Below are positions 1-11,206 of a DNA stretch of 64,000 bases, piece after piece. The notes beneath the pieces were generated by a model. It had not been told where the DNA came from. It was given only the letters and a program-made list of their open reading frames with translations, and searched no databases. The translations under genes were made by a program, and so were the position numbers. Location of the stretch: contig CAWGVG010000012.1 of assembly GCA_963825865.1 (NCBI GenBank), positions 1 to 64,000 on the forward strand, given 5' to 3'. The first letter of the stretch is position 1. Each line of letters begins with the position of its first letter. The DNA is from an uncultured Nitrososphaeraceae archaeon. Its GTDB lineage: Archaea > Thermoproteota > Nitrososphaeria > Nitrososphaerales > Nitrososphaeraceae.

Positions 1-20
1 CAATAAATTGGATATAGATA

Positions 21-455
21 GTGATGAAAGTATTTACAAGACTTGCGAATATACGTGTCAAGGATAAAGAATACTTTTTCATTGATGAGATGTGCCGCAA
101 CACCTATGTAACAAAAACCAAGAAAAGATGTGGTTCCGTCATATCTATTGGCTTAGTCATAAGCAGAATACATCAATTTAGGTCCAATAAAGGCTGTAAA
201 CTAGGATATGAATTTGAGATAAAAACTGACAATAGTTTGGGACTTGGAACGTTACCACCAAGTATACACAGAGACTATTCAGATTTTCATTATCAATGTA
301 TAGGCAAGAACACTATTTCTCATAAGGATGGTTTCTATGATGGGATATTGGATGTTCTCGCGGATTGTATGAAGATTAAAGAGGACAAAGAAAAATGGTC
401 AAAGAATGGAAGCAAGTTTAAACCAAAGTATAACGTTATACCTATTAGTTTTTAA
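21..455 (+). CDS. hypothetical protein
   Basis: 144-aa ORF, no recognisable motif. Confidence 0.5.
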   Translation: MMKVFTRLANIRVKDKEYFFIDEMCRNTYVTKTKKRCGSVISIGLVISRIHQFRSNKGCKLGYEFEIKTDNSLGLGTLPPSIHRDYSDFHYQCIGKNTISHKDGFYDGILDVLADCMKIKEDKEKWSKNGSKFKPKYNVIPISF

Positions 456-965
456 CGACGAAGAGATACAAACTATTTGCGATTTATTAAGCCCTTATTA
501 CTACAAAGGCTGTCATTCTAGGCATGATATAGTGTTCGGTTTGGCGGCATATGTTTAAAGCATAATGTAACCAAAGAGTCTGCTACAAAATTAGTAGAAT
601 CGCTAGCAAAGGACGATGAAGAAAGTAAGTCTAGACTAAAAACCTTAGAAGAGACATACAATAAACAACGAGAACAAGTTAGTGGTACCAAATGGCTCCT
701 AGAAGCTTTAGAGCATATTACGGGAGATAGCGGTCCTGCAAAGGACATATTTAATAAAATTTTCAAAATAATTGTTAACAAGTGGAGTGATTCGGCTGAC
801 CAAAAAAAAAATCAATTATGTTTTAATGCTAACCAATGAAATCAGGAAATTCCAATCAAGACAATTAAAGATACTGAGGAGATATACTACTATGATAACA
901 ACAAGGGTGTTTACATCCAAGGTGGGGAATGGCTTATAAAAGAACAATGTGAAATATTGTATTGC
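456..965 (+). pseudogene. primase/D5-type helicase fragment of a plasmid- or virus-like element
   Basis: Manual translation gives KESATKLVESLAKDDEESKSRLKTLEETY and KTIKDTEEIYYYDNNKGVYIQGGEWLIKEQCE, resembling the D5_N region of P4/D5 primase-helicases; stops and frameshifts; ends just before the IS. Confidence 0.6.
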
Positions 966-991
966 ATCTTGTCACAAACTATTTTATATAA

Positions 992-2035
992 TAGATCTCT
1001 TGTGTAATTAGAAGCTTAGAGCTATATTCCTCTTCACATAGGATATCTATCTGACAAGCTCTTTGATGTCCTATAGCAAATTATGTAAGAAACCTTTGAT
1101 ATTCAGGTCATTTACGGAGTAACTGTATCTGAATTTGAATCCATTTGTAACGAAATTGAACATAACTACGAAGAGCACGAAAGAAGACGTCTTCTATCAA
1201 GGACGAGAATACGGGATATAGGTGCTGGTAGACCATTTAAGCTTAAAGTTAAAGAAAGATTCGTTATGCTTCTAGTATACTACAGATTATACATTACATA
1301 TACATTATCAGGATTTCTGTTTGACCTTGATCAAAGCAATGTTTGTAGAGATATATCAATGATGGAACCACTTATCAAGGAGTGTATTCCATTGCCAAAG
1401 AAGATATACAAACTTACTAGGAGATTAAGAACTATAGATGAAGTAGAAGAGTACTTTCCTGGATTCAAGGCTTTCATAGACTCTACAGAACAAGAAATTC
1501 CAAGACCTAAGAACAAAAGAAGAAGGAAGAGTTACTATTCAGGTAGAAAGAAGAAACATACTGTCAAGACACAATTGATGGTAAACCATGAAGGATTGAT
1601 ACTGCATAAGACAGGTCACAGAAGTGGAAGAAAACATGATTATGACATTTACAAACACAATCATTCTATAACTCCATCACAAGTTGAAAACATAGTTGAT
1701 CTTGGTTATCTTGGCATTGAAAAGGACTTTCCCATGTAAAGCTGTACTTCGTATCAAAAAGAAAAAGGGTACATTGCTTTCATGTGATGAAAGAACTTAC
1801 AACAAGAATCATTCTAGGCTAAGGATCATAGTAGAACATACCATATGTAGAATCAAAAAGTTTGGAATAATGGGTACTAAATTTAGAAACAGATTAAGGA
1901 AGTAAATAACGTATCTGATATAATATCCGGTCTCCTGAACTTCAGAGTTATACAGTCTGACAGCATTTCAATCTAAGAAGACGGCTAAAACAAGTAGGGT
2001 GTTAGACTATAGCTCCTAATTACGCAAGAGATCTA
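992..2035 (+). mobile_element. IS5-family (ISL2-like) insertion sequence, about 1.04 kb
   Basis: 25-bp terminal inverted repeats, TAGATCTCTTGTGTAATTAGAAGCT (992-1016) and AGCTCCTAATTACGCAAGAGATCTA (2011-2035), 23/25 match; short TA or AAT target duplication is ambiguous. Confidence 0.9.
1040..1976 (+). pseudogene. DDE transposase (HTH_Tnp_4 + DDE_Tnp_4 type), disrupted
   Basis: FIDSTEQEIPRP, YSGRKKKHTVKTQ, DLGYLG, RIIVEHTICRIKKF motifs; in-frame stops at about 1737 and 1903; start approximate. Confidence 0.85.
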
Positions 2036-2471
2036 ATAATATACTATCCTTACTATTTTCTATATATACACTAATAATTACTGCCTATCCATTACGGGGA
2101 TGATTATAGATAGTTACTAGGGACACTAGGGACACAATAAAATACAACCGTAATAGCAATCAAGCTTATAATACAATTGCTTAAAACATTTGACATACTA
2201 CAATTTTATCTGAGAAGCAAGTTAGTATTAGAGTTAACTTTTAAGGTAATAATACTATGCATTAATTTTGGAGGCTGCACCTTAACAAAAAAAGCCCTCG
2301 TAGTCTGTTTTGTCAGGATGGTTGTCATTATTTAATTCAATACAACTCCAATGGCTAACCCCGCTATTTCATATTGATTTGAGACATATTTTTTTTATGA
2401 CACTATCGATTATGATAACACTTTGACTAATAATTAAAGCACTAATTAGACGCTTAACGTAATGACAACCT

Positions 2472-4389
2472 ATGTCATGCTGTAAGGATACTAGAGTTTA
2501 TTTTGATTTTAGAAAAAAAAGAAATGATTCTTTTAGATGTCATGAAGAGCCTCTAGAAGGCAGTCAATTATGCATATTCCATGATGACAAATACCACATA
2601 TCGAATGCAACAGAAGTGTTAGAAAAGATATTGGAAAAAGTGGAAAGGGCTGCAAAAACAATGAAGAGCTGTATTGTATTGGCTATCATATTCCCGGGAA
2701 GAGTATTGAGTTTAGAGCCCGCAATTCAGCAAATTTCCATGGTTCAGCTGAGTTCATTGATGCTGTATTTAATGGCATTGATTTTTTGGATGCAATATTT
2801 CAAGATGCGCATTTTGTAAAGACTAAATTTAATAGTATAGCAAATTTCAGAGGAGTCACATTTAGTAGAATAGCGCGCTTTTGGCAATGCAAATTTGATA
2901 CAGCCTATTTTGATGAGGCCATTTTTCAAGGACAAGCAGAATTTCTAGAAGCAGAATTCAGAGAATTCAGTTATTTCTCATCTGTTAAGTTCCATAACAA
3001 TGCAATATTTTTCCGTTCTATATTTCATAACGGCGCGAAATTCATTCAATCTAGGTTTTACGGATTGTTACAATATATCACATTTGAGGTCTAATAGAGA
3101 AGGCTTAGCATGTTTTTCCAATGTAAAGTTTGAAATGATGGCTGACTTTACAGATGCTGAGTTTTATATTTGTGGTGATTTTTCCGAGTCTAAATTCGAA
3201 CATGCTTCCTTCACACATACAAAGTTTGAAAATGCCTTGTTTATTCATACGGAGTTCAATACTGCGTATTTTACTAATTCAAGCTTTCAGGAAGCATCTT
3301 TTTCTTATGCTAAATTTCGTGAATACTGTGAGTTTAATCTATCTATATTTAATTGGGATACTGATTTCCATGAAGCTGTAATTGATGGAAAGTCTTCATT
3401 TCACGGTATCGCGTTTCAGAAAATTGCCTTTACAAATGCTAAATTTAATAAAATGGCTTTCTTTCGTTCAAATTTTACTAATATAACAGACTTCTCTCGC
3501 TCCGAATTCAATAAAGTAGATTTTTCAAAGTCAAAATTTTGGGACACAACAAATTTCTCCCAAACTATATTTAATGAAAGTGCAAATTTTTCAGATGTTA
3601 TATTTGATGCGAAAACAAGTTTCGAAAATGTACTGTTTCAACAAGGAGAAAAAGTCCTATTCAATGTAGACAACCTGACAAAAGTCTCTTTCATTAATTC
3701 GGATGTTACTCGTGTCAGATTTGGTGAATCTGTCACATGAGGACTAAAGAATAGATTCAAACTATTCGACGAGGAAGAATTTGAGAAGTCTGTTAATTTG
3801 GATAAGTTTCGCGGCCTATTCGCGAGTTACAGAAATTTGAGAGAGAATTATGAATATAGATTAAGGTACGACGAAGCAGGCAAGTTCTTTATAAGAGAAA
3901 TGGAGCTAAAAAGGAACTATGGGGAAGTACAAAACTCATGATGGTATTAAGGTCGTTAAGAATAGTTGGCTACGGAGGCAAATTTCGTTAACCGGTTGGT
4001 ACTACCACTTGTCAAGATATGGAGAAGATTTAGTCAGACCTACTCTTGCAGGCATAGTTATTGTACTTTTATCAACTCTGCCATGGTTAACACAGTCTAA
4101 TCCAAATTTAGAATCTACTTTCTTTAACACCAACTTAAGTCATATTAGCAATGCGACTATCATATCTCCATATTCAAAATTTATAGGTTTTATGCAAATT
4201 GGAAATGAAACTCAGTGGATAAAGTCTTTCGAAAGAGCTACCGCGGATTTTCTCCCTTTACTTCCTTTAGGAAGCAATTTTAAAGTAGGAATACTAGATT
4301 ATATCATTAAAATAATTAGTGGTGCGCTTAGCTTTGGTCTATTAGCAATAGCTTTAAGGAGAAAATTTGAACGGAAGTTTAGACATTAA
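2472..4389 (+). pseudogene. pentapeptide-repeat protein with N-terminal Cys/His motif and C-terminal membrane domain, frameshifted
   Basis: ORFs 2472-2819, 2786-3094, 3000-3740 and 3919-4389 join into one gene: C..CIFH start, A-x-F-x-x repeats, YRNLRENYE..EAGKFFIREMELKR, then TM helices ending LRRKFERKFRH; TGA at 3738. Confidence 0.85.
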
Positions 4390-4527
4390 TTCAGCGTCGT
4401 TGCATTACGAATTGTTGTGATTTTGGAACTGAGTTCCTGCTACCATACCTATCCTATGAATAGAAATGGTAGTTCAAATATTATATCCATACCGTACCTA
4501 TGAATAATTGCGCGCACCACAAACATC

Positions 4528-4773
4528 CTACCAATATCTATAGTTCGAATTATTATTATTGATATTGTAATACCGCTGCCGCTGATCTTCAACAACATTT
4601 GGTAAAGCCTTCAACTGCGTTTGAGATAGATGACCATTAGCAAATATCAATACCCTACAGTTATCGCATCTGAGCATAAGACGGTTCGTCTTTGTAGATT
4701 TCAAAGTAGAAGGGTATCTGCAGAGTGGGCAATGAACATCGCGCCTGAATTCATTATTATTACTACCGTTCAT
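4528..4773 (-). CDS. small Zn-ribbon protein
   Basis: CPLC...CDNC; degenerate second copy at about 32785-33056. Confidence 0.7.
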   Translation of the reverse strand: MNGSNNNEFRRDVHCPLCRYPSTLKSTKTNRLMLRCDNCRVLIFANGHLSQTQLKALPNVVEDQRQRYYNINNNNSNYRYW

Positions 4774-4828
4774 AATATATTTTGTTCCTGATTATATATA
4801 TAGAGAATTATTGTTCTGTCTTGTACAG

Positions 4829-5176
4829 TCATTCCTCACAACTGCAATTATAATCACCGTCTGAGGTTACCAAACCTAAATTGTAAAAATCAGAAATTAC
4901 AATACGCAAATCTTTCTGTAACCTTTGTATTCCTTTTGCATAATAGATCATCTTCTCTTCATCTCCGTCTGATTTTGCAATCTTGTATCCAAGCCAACAT
5001 TTGCGCAAACAACCCCACCCCTGAGTATCATAATAGTCTGACTTTAGCAAGACCTTGTCGCGCCTCGTGTACGTCTTTGCCAAGTTTTTTGTCTTCATGT
5101 ATAACCATTCGCGCGCAGATCTGTTAAACGCGTTCCGAAGAGTGTATTTTCTTCTCTTTGTTTTTATGGCCGCCAT
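4829..5176 (-). CDS. hypothetical basic protein
   Basis: 115-aa ATG ORF, co-oriented with the Zn-ribbon gene. Confidence 0.6.
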   Translation of the reverse strand: MAAIKTKRRKYTLRNAFNRSAREWLYMKTKNLAKTYTRRDKVLLKSDYYDTQGWGCLRKCWLGYKIAKSDGDEEKMIYYAKGIQRLQKDLRIVISDFYNLGLVTSDGDYNCSCEE

Positions 5177-5561
5177 TTTCAGCTTCTTTAGTCAATAAAA
5201 TTAACATTCTTTTGTATTTAAGATAACACATTGCATAATGTCTTTAGTACAACAGCAGTAATAGATTCAACGTAACATATTAGAATAAAATGAAGCCGTA
5301 TAAAATTGTCGTAAAAAAACAGAATTTAACAGTATTTAATGAAAAGTTATTTAAATGATAAAACTTTATGCGGCACTGTATACACAGATTATTGACAAAA
5401 ATTTGCTGCTAAAATAAAATCAAAAAATGAGCATCTCAAACAGCTAGGGTATCGGCTAGAAATGTCACACAAAATGCTAAGATGGTTTTATATTTCAAGG
5501 ATAGAAATATCGTGTATTACTGAAACAATTTAAGGTACTTTTCAATACATTGTGTTCGACT

Positions 5562-5867
5562 ATGCAAAAAGTATTAGACATAGCGCCTGCACAGGGCAAA
5601 GAACCAATCCTTATACAAGTTGTAGAAGTAGAGGGAGAAGACGGCACACTAGTTCAGGCCGGCGGAGGAAAAATAAGCTTTGAAGACATGTTACAAAAAA
5701 TCAAACCTTTTTGTGAATCAATAATAACAAATATTAAAGAATTGAGTGTTAAACCTGATTCTGCTTCTGCGGAGTTTGGAATGAAAGTATCTGCAAAAGG
5801 CAATTTGTTCATTGTAGAGGCGTCAGGAGAAGCTACTTTGAAAGTTACTCTTAATTGGAATCTTTGA
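5562..5867 (+). CDS. Trypco1 / CU044_2847-family protein (trypsin co-occurring domain)
   Basis: SFEDMLQKIKPFCESI...KPDSASAEFGMKVSAKGNLFIVEASGEATLKVTLNW fits the family pattern; 3 bp upstream of a trypsin gene. Confidence 0.85.
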   Translation: MQKVLDIAPAQGKEPILIQVVEVEGEDGTLVQAGGGKISFEDMLQKIKPFCESIITNIKELSVKPDSASAEFGMKVSAKGNLFIVEASGEATLKVTLNWNL

Positions 5868-5870
5868 GAA

Positions 5871-7181
5871 ATGTCTCAAACTATTGAACATATAAGAGAT
5901 AATGTTATAAAAATAGTAGACAGTAAAGGCGGTTTTATTGGCACGGGTTTTTTTATTGAAATAGATCAGAAGAAATATTGTCTTACATGCCATCACTGTA
6001 TATATAATCTTGATGAAATTTATGTTGAAAAAAATAATTTGAAATACGTCGCAGAATGGATTGAAGAATACTCTGAGATGAAAAAAGATATCGCAGTTTT
6101 AGCAGTTAAAGATTGTCCTATCCAACCATTGAAAAATTCTAAAGAAGCATTGGGAGGACTTCAAGTATTTGTATGGGGATTCCCGGATAAGGATATCTAT
6201 CATTATCCTGAGGGAAAACCTGTAGAAGGTTGTTATCTTTCTAGAATATGGTTCCTATTACTATGGGAAGAAAAAACAGTTAAAGGAGTTAACATATGGA
6301 ACAAAAAACCTGAAGTGAGAGTATACGCTTTTCAAATTAAGAATAAGTTTGAAGTAGGATTTAGTGGCTCTCCTGTTTGTTATAGCATCACTAATCAGGT
6401 TGTTGGAATGCTTACAGGAAAAGATGATGATTATGGATATATAATACCAATACATACAATACTAGAAAAAATTGAGAACGCACATAGAATAACCGAACCA
6501 TCGCCTAGTTTAGATATGGCGTCTTACATAAATAAGGGCAATAAAAACTTCGTCAAAGAAGATTATGCCGATGCAATAAAACAATATGACATAGTACTAA
6601 AGGACAGGAATTATCTTAGGGCTTTGACTAACAAAGGTGTTTCTCTTATAGGGTTAGGAAAATATGAAGATGCAATAGAGTACTTTGATAAAGCTTTGGT
6701 TATTGAACCAAACAATGTTGACGCTTTGGATTCTAAGGGTATAGCTCTCGAGAGGTTAGGAAAATATGGTAAGGCTAGGGAATACTATGATAAGGCTTTA
6801 GATATAGATCCAAATGATGTTATTGCGGTAAATAACAAAGGAGGTTCACTTTTGGATGTAGGAAAATATGAAGATGCAATAAAATACTATGATAAGGCTT
6901 TAGCTATAGATCCAAATTATATTATTGCTTTGAACAACAAAGGAATAGCTCTCGAGAGGTTAGGAAAATATGGTAAGTCTATGGAATACTATGATAAGGC
7001 TTTAGCTATTGATCCAAACTATATTTCTGCTTTAGGTAATAAAGGATGGATTTTAATAAACCTAAGTAAATTTACTGAAGCTATAGAATATTTTGATAAG
7101 GCTTTAGATATAGATCCAAAATATATTTCTGCTTTACGTGGTAAAAGAGAAGCTCTTGACAGATTAAATAAAGAAAAATAA
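5871..7181 (+). CDS. trypsin-like serine protease with about 6 C-terminal TPRs
   Basis: GTGF, TCHHC (His), DIAVL (Asp), GFSGSP (Ser); repeated NKG..L..LGKY..A..YYDKAL.IDP; no signal peptide. Confidence 0.92.
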   Translation: MSQTIEHIRDNVIKIVDSKGGFIGTGFFIEIDQKKYCLTCHHCIYNLDEIYVEKNNLKYVAEWIEEYSEMKKDIAVLAVKDCPIQPLKNSKEALGGLQVFVWGFPDKDIYHYPEGKPVEGCYLSRIWFLLLWEEKTVKGVNIWNKKPEVRVYAFQIKNKFEVGFSGSPVCYSITNQVVGMLTGKDDDYGYIIPIHTILEKIENAHRITEPSPSLDMASYINKGNKNFVKEDYADAIKQYDIVLKDRNYLRALTNKGVSLIGLGKYEDAIEYFDKALVIEPNNVDALDSKGIALERLGKYGKAREYYDKALDIDPNDVIAVNNKGGSLLDVGKYEDAIKYYDKALAIDPNYIIALNNKGIALERLGKYGKSMEYYDKALAIDPNYISALGNKGWILINLSKFTEAIEYFDKALDIDPKYISALRGKREALDRLNKEK

Positions 7182-7308
7182 TTCATGTAATTATCGTCTT
7201 AGTCGGCAGTAAGTAAATATTTGCAGTAAGCAAATATTTTATGCTTGGTAATATCATTATAGACAAAAAGAATTATTGTTATTATTATACACTACATTCT
7301 ATAGGTAA

Positions 7309-7722
7309 ATGAAACTTCTTGCGCATGTTATGAGAAATACAAATGAGTTTAATATTCCTGCGGTGAATTCGCGCGCATATGAAATAATGTATTTTGGTGT
7401 AAACCTGATACTGATGCTTGACTACAGGTTGTCTTTTGATATCGACGCAAAGAATGGCGAAGGAATAGAAGTTTTGATAATTAGTAGAAAAGATGTTCCT
7501 TCATGGAAGAAAAATAATAATTCAGACATCAAAGTGTATTACAACAATAGCGGAGTGAAAATTAATGATGTCTTTAGACCTACTATAAGTGACGCGTACG
7601 CATTTATCCTAAATAACAGGTCTTCTGACGAGGTAAAAACAGTTGAAGTTACCTTAATCCATAATTGGCAGCAGGAAGTCAAAGAATCACAATTAAAAGA
7701 TCATACAAGCAATTTGACTTAA
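7309..7722 (+). CDS. hypothetical beta-rich protein (possibly GOLD/p24-like)
   Basis: 137-aa ORF; YAFILNNRSSDEVKTVEV motif. Confidence 0.55.
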   Translation: MKLLAHVMRNTNEFNIPAVNSRAYEIMYFGVNLILMLDYRLSFDIDAKNGEGIEVLIISRKDVPSWKKNNNSDIKVYYNNSGVKINDVFRPTISDAYAFILNNRSSDEVKTVEVTLIHNWQQEVKESQLKDHTSNLT

Positions 7723-8071
7723 ATTTGTATAATAGCAATTCACGATTTGAAACAGGTCGGTCATTATCAATTAATTATCCTGTGTTTATTTTATTTGGAT
7801 TTGATAATATAGCAACTAGTTGTTTAATGATTTTCTGCTGCTGCAAAATCAAAGCCATGAATAACATCTCAACTGCAAAGGATTCTCCTTTAGAGATGAC
7901 CGCTTTGGCATAGTTTTCATTTTCTAGCTCATATTTTTATCTGATTAAGCCCGGTATGTCATGCAAAGAAAATGAAATTAGATTGCAGAGATAATCTACC
8001 GAGCAATAGCAGATGATTCTATAATGAAGTGAGTTTCTCAAGATAGTCGTTATGTGTATATAATGACTGCG

Positions 8072-9064
8072 TTACAGTTTATCCATCCACTCAATAAGCC
8101 AATTATATTTTGATAGCTCATCATTATCTTTAACTAATTTCTTCAATGTTGCACCACATTCAGATTTTATTTCTCGCTGTTCCACAGTTATTCCAATATT
8201 AGAAAGACTTCTGTTGAAATTATTTATATGACAATTCAAGACAGCTTCATCCTTAATTGAAACTAATCCCGGGTTTATATTAGGCCCTCCATTAAAAATA
8301 AGATTCTTAAAAAACCCCGGCGCAGAGATATTATACATATTTTTTAGATGAATGGCTGCCATGTTACCCTCTTCTTCGCCAAACAAACCTCTTAAAATGT
8401 CTATGCTTCTCTTTAAGAAATCTAGAGAATACTCAAAATCTAAACTTCCGTCTTCTCTCTTACGAAGGTTAAGGCCAAGTAACAGCAAAATGAATTTTTC
8501 CATAGCACATTGATTGGTTAGGAGTTTTGGATGAAGCCGTGTCAAAGATTCCTTAAAATAGTCAACAGACGACCACGTTTCATCATTTAATTCCTTATTA
8601 AATGATAAAGCCCAATTCTGTAGATTGCTATTTACCTCTTTTGATATAGGCTCATAATCCGTTAGCTTCTTTAGCTTTGTTATCTTGGTTGGTCTTCTGT
8701 CATCGTTATCAGCCACTTCGAAGTATCGTTGAATTATTCTTTCCGCAACAGCATCAGGTGTATTTTGAATTTCCTCATTCCTTACCCGTAATACATTATA
8801 GCCCATATTTTCTAGGGCCCTGTGGCGTATCCTATCCGGTGTTTTTCTATATTCTTTATCATGGATTTTGCCATCTACTTCTACAATCAGCTTATTTCCA
8901 ATGATGAGGTCAGGAGTGTAAGCGTCGCATCCTGTATACCAAATAACCTGACTATCTCTAAATAATATTTTCTTTGAGCGCAGTATAGACCTTAGTTTTA
9001 GCTCAGAATTGGTAGGAGGCGGAGCTACGAAACTGCTGTTGTTGATCGTGTTAGGGTTCAACAA
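8072..9064 (-). CDS. DUF559/Vsr-like PD-(D/E)XK endonuclease domain protein with C-terminal helical extension
   Basis: PTNSELKL...YTPDLII...IVEVDGKIH...DRIRHRALENMGYNVLRVRNEEI. Confidence 0.85.
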   Translation of the reverse strand: MLNPNTINNSSFVAPPPTNSELKLRSILRSKKILFRDSQVIWYTGCDAYTPDLIIGNKLIVEVDGKIHDKEYRKTPDRIRHRALENMGYNVLRVRNEEIQNTPDAVAERIIQRYFEVADNDDRRPTKITKLKKLTDYEPISKEVNSNLQNWALSFNKELNDETWSSVDYFKESLTRLHPKLLTNQCAMEKFILLLLGLNLRKREDGSLDFEYSLDFLKRSIDILRGLFGEEEGNMAAIHLKNMYNISAPGFFKNLIFNGGPNINPGLVSIKDEAVLNCHINNFNRSLSNIGITVEQREIKSECGATLKKLVKDNDELSKYNWLIEWMDKL

Positions 9065-9425
9065 TTACATATTTAAAATGCGCAAAGTAATTAAGCTAAC
9101 AGTTTTTTTGTTTCGTGTCTAGTCTTGTGTACTGAATAGATTATTCTTTAGAAAAGTATCTGCAATAAACATAACATCTTCCAATGATCTTGTCCCATGT
9201 GGCGAGCCACATTTTTTTAAGACATCTATCTATAATTTATTAATCAATAGTCAAAATTATGTGATATCTAATGGTCATCCTAATCAACTAATCTTCTGAA
9301 GGCATATTAGGATCTCATGGCATATGGGCTGAAAATAACGCTGATGGTAATTATTATAGCACGTTATTCCAAAATAAGTATAAAGAGAATATCTCATCAA
9401 ATCCAATTTATTTGTAATCCTACAA

Positions 9426-9642
9426 TCAATATCGATACCTGCGTTGTATTATTATCATTGCAGGTACAATTAGTATCCAAAAATATCGAGCAATTTGAAT
9501 ATCTATAAATGAAATTGCTATTGAACTTGCAAATATTAATGGTGGGGTAATTGCTTGAAGTGATATGGCCCTTATGTGTAAAGGACTCATATTCTTATCA
9601 ATTAAAAGTCGATCCTTTGATGCATGCAGCCAAATCAAAGCC
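9426..9642 (-). pseudogene. 3' remnant of a TMEM175-family channel gene
   Basis: Near-identical to 23027-23243; 5' two-thirds deleted. Confidence 0.9.
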
Positions 9643-9798
9643 TCTGATGTAATGTAATATTGATTGAATGACAAAATCACTATAAATGGTTTAGAATAAA
9701 AATATAATGATTTATACTGTAATTCTTAATATTCAATAATAAAGCTTTTTTTAGAATGACTTTTATTTGTTAGTTAGTTAATCGTTAATATATTTGAT

Positions 9799-10236
9799 AT
9801 GGATGACACAGATGTTAAAATACTTAAACAAGTATTATCAGACGCTCGATTGTCATATAGAAAAATAGCAGAAGAGATTGGTATCTCGCCGCCTACTGTT
9901 CTTACAAGAATGCAAAGGCTAGAGAACAATCATAGTATCAAATCCTATTCGGCGGTATTAGATCATGAAAAGTTAGGCTATGATCTAACAGCAATAATTG
10001 AGCTTTCAACCGTAAAAAGTAAGATAACAGAAGTAGAAAAACACATATCAAGATTTCCAAACGTATGTGTGGTATATTACATTACCGGATTAACGGATAT
10101 GATAATAGTGGCAAAATTCAGAAATCGTAAAGACCTTAGCGATTTTGTAAAAAAAGATCTATCATTGCCATTTGTTGATAGAACCAATAGTCACATAGTA
10201 TTGGTAACAGTAAAAGAGGACTTTAGATTTCTATAG
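9799..10236 (+). CDS. Lrp/AsnC-family transcriptional regulator
   Basis: MDDTDVKILKQVLSDARLSYRKIAEEIGISPPTV HTH plus RAM domain (ITGLTDMII). Confidence 0.95.
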   Translation: MDDTDVKILKQVLSDARLSYRKIAEEIGISPPTVLTRMQRLENNHSIKSYSAVLDHEKLGYDLTAIIELSTVKSKITEVEKHISRFPNVCVVYYITGLTDMIIVAKFRNRKDLSDFVKKDLSLPFVDRTNSHIVLVTVKEDFRFL

Positions 10237-10435
10237 ATAGATAGATATATATAGAGCTGTTTAAATGAAGCCATTTTTCCAAATGTGCATCGTAACAGAA
10301 CCTAAGATAGGCACATAGGTCATAAAAATGACGTGTTAATTAGCTTAACGCAGATACTATAGAATCTAAAGTAACTGACACTTCATATTACCATAATGAA
10401 AAACACGAGACTTATTATTTTGTCCTCATGAGATT

Positions 10436-10660
10436 TCAGATACAGCGGATAACGTCTGATGCATCAACTATTTTGTTAATGTATTTTCCCATGTATCTGT
10501 CTTCAAGGATTTTGAATTTGCCTCTTCCCTTGTGTATGATTTTTGCATCTATCTTCACTCCTTCATCGATAAACAGAACACACCAACAAGAGCATCTTTC
10601 TCCTTTTACTGTTATGTTAAAATCGTTGTTATCATTCACTTCAAGAGGTACTCCTTCCAT
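10436..10660 (-). CDS. small hypothetical protein (about 74 aa)
   Basis: MEGVPLEV...IVDASDVIRCI; upstream extension is low complexity, so the start was placed at the ATG at 10660. Confidence 0.55.
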   Translation of the reverse strand: MEGVPLEVNDNNDFNITVKGERCSCWCVLFIDEGVKIDAKIIHKGRGKFKILEDRYMGKYINKIVDASDVIRCI

Positions 10661-11206
10661 ACCTACTAAATGGAACAGCATCAATAACAGTAGTGATTTT
10701 CGCTTTGATCTTATTGACCATCCATCGTCTAGCAGTAGCAACAACAACAACAACAACTGCAGCATCATTTTTTATTGACATGTTGGTCATTTTCATATTC
10801 GCCCTATCGACTATGATCAGAAAGTAGTTGATGGACTTAAACCTTTTGATAACAATATTAAACAATTGTAAAGTAATATTCCCAAATACCATTCTATTTG
10901 TAAATCTATAGTAATGAATATGAAGAGGCATTTAATGAATGTAAACGACAAATCCTACCTTAGATCACTAATACTAACTATCAAAACATATGGCATTAGT
11001 ATTAGATGTTTGCTTCTCTAGATAGGAATGCGATCGAATAAATTATTACTTTTATTTTCCAACAGCGTGCTGTAAATCTTGCTTTTACGATTGGATGATA
11101 ATTCTGACATTTTGGAAATTAAACTTAACAAATATTAATTACAAGTAAGGAATAATGTTCATTTATTTAGTATTTTCTCCAACAGCCTTATATTCTTAGA
11201 ACAATT

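Noticed and set aside
3738-3740. In-frame TGA where Trp is expected (also at about 56027), suggesting stop-codon recoding
   Set aside because: Intact genes terminate on TGA (e.g. 5867, 12134), and other broken genes have TAA/TAG stops and indels; simple TGG-to-TGA decay explains it
6600-7130. Regular 102-bp DNA repeats
   Set aside because: These are TPR coding repeats, not a CRISPR array or a DGR template/variable repeat pair
10728-10762. (CAA)n/(AGC)n microsatellite-like runs (also at 35100 and 57715)
   Set aside because: Low-complexity N/Q/S tracts occur throughout this window; no sign of a phase-variation role
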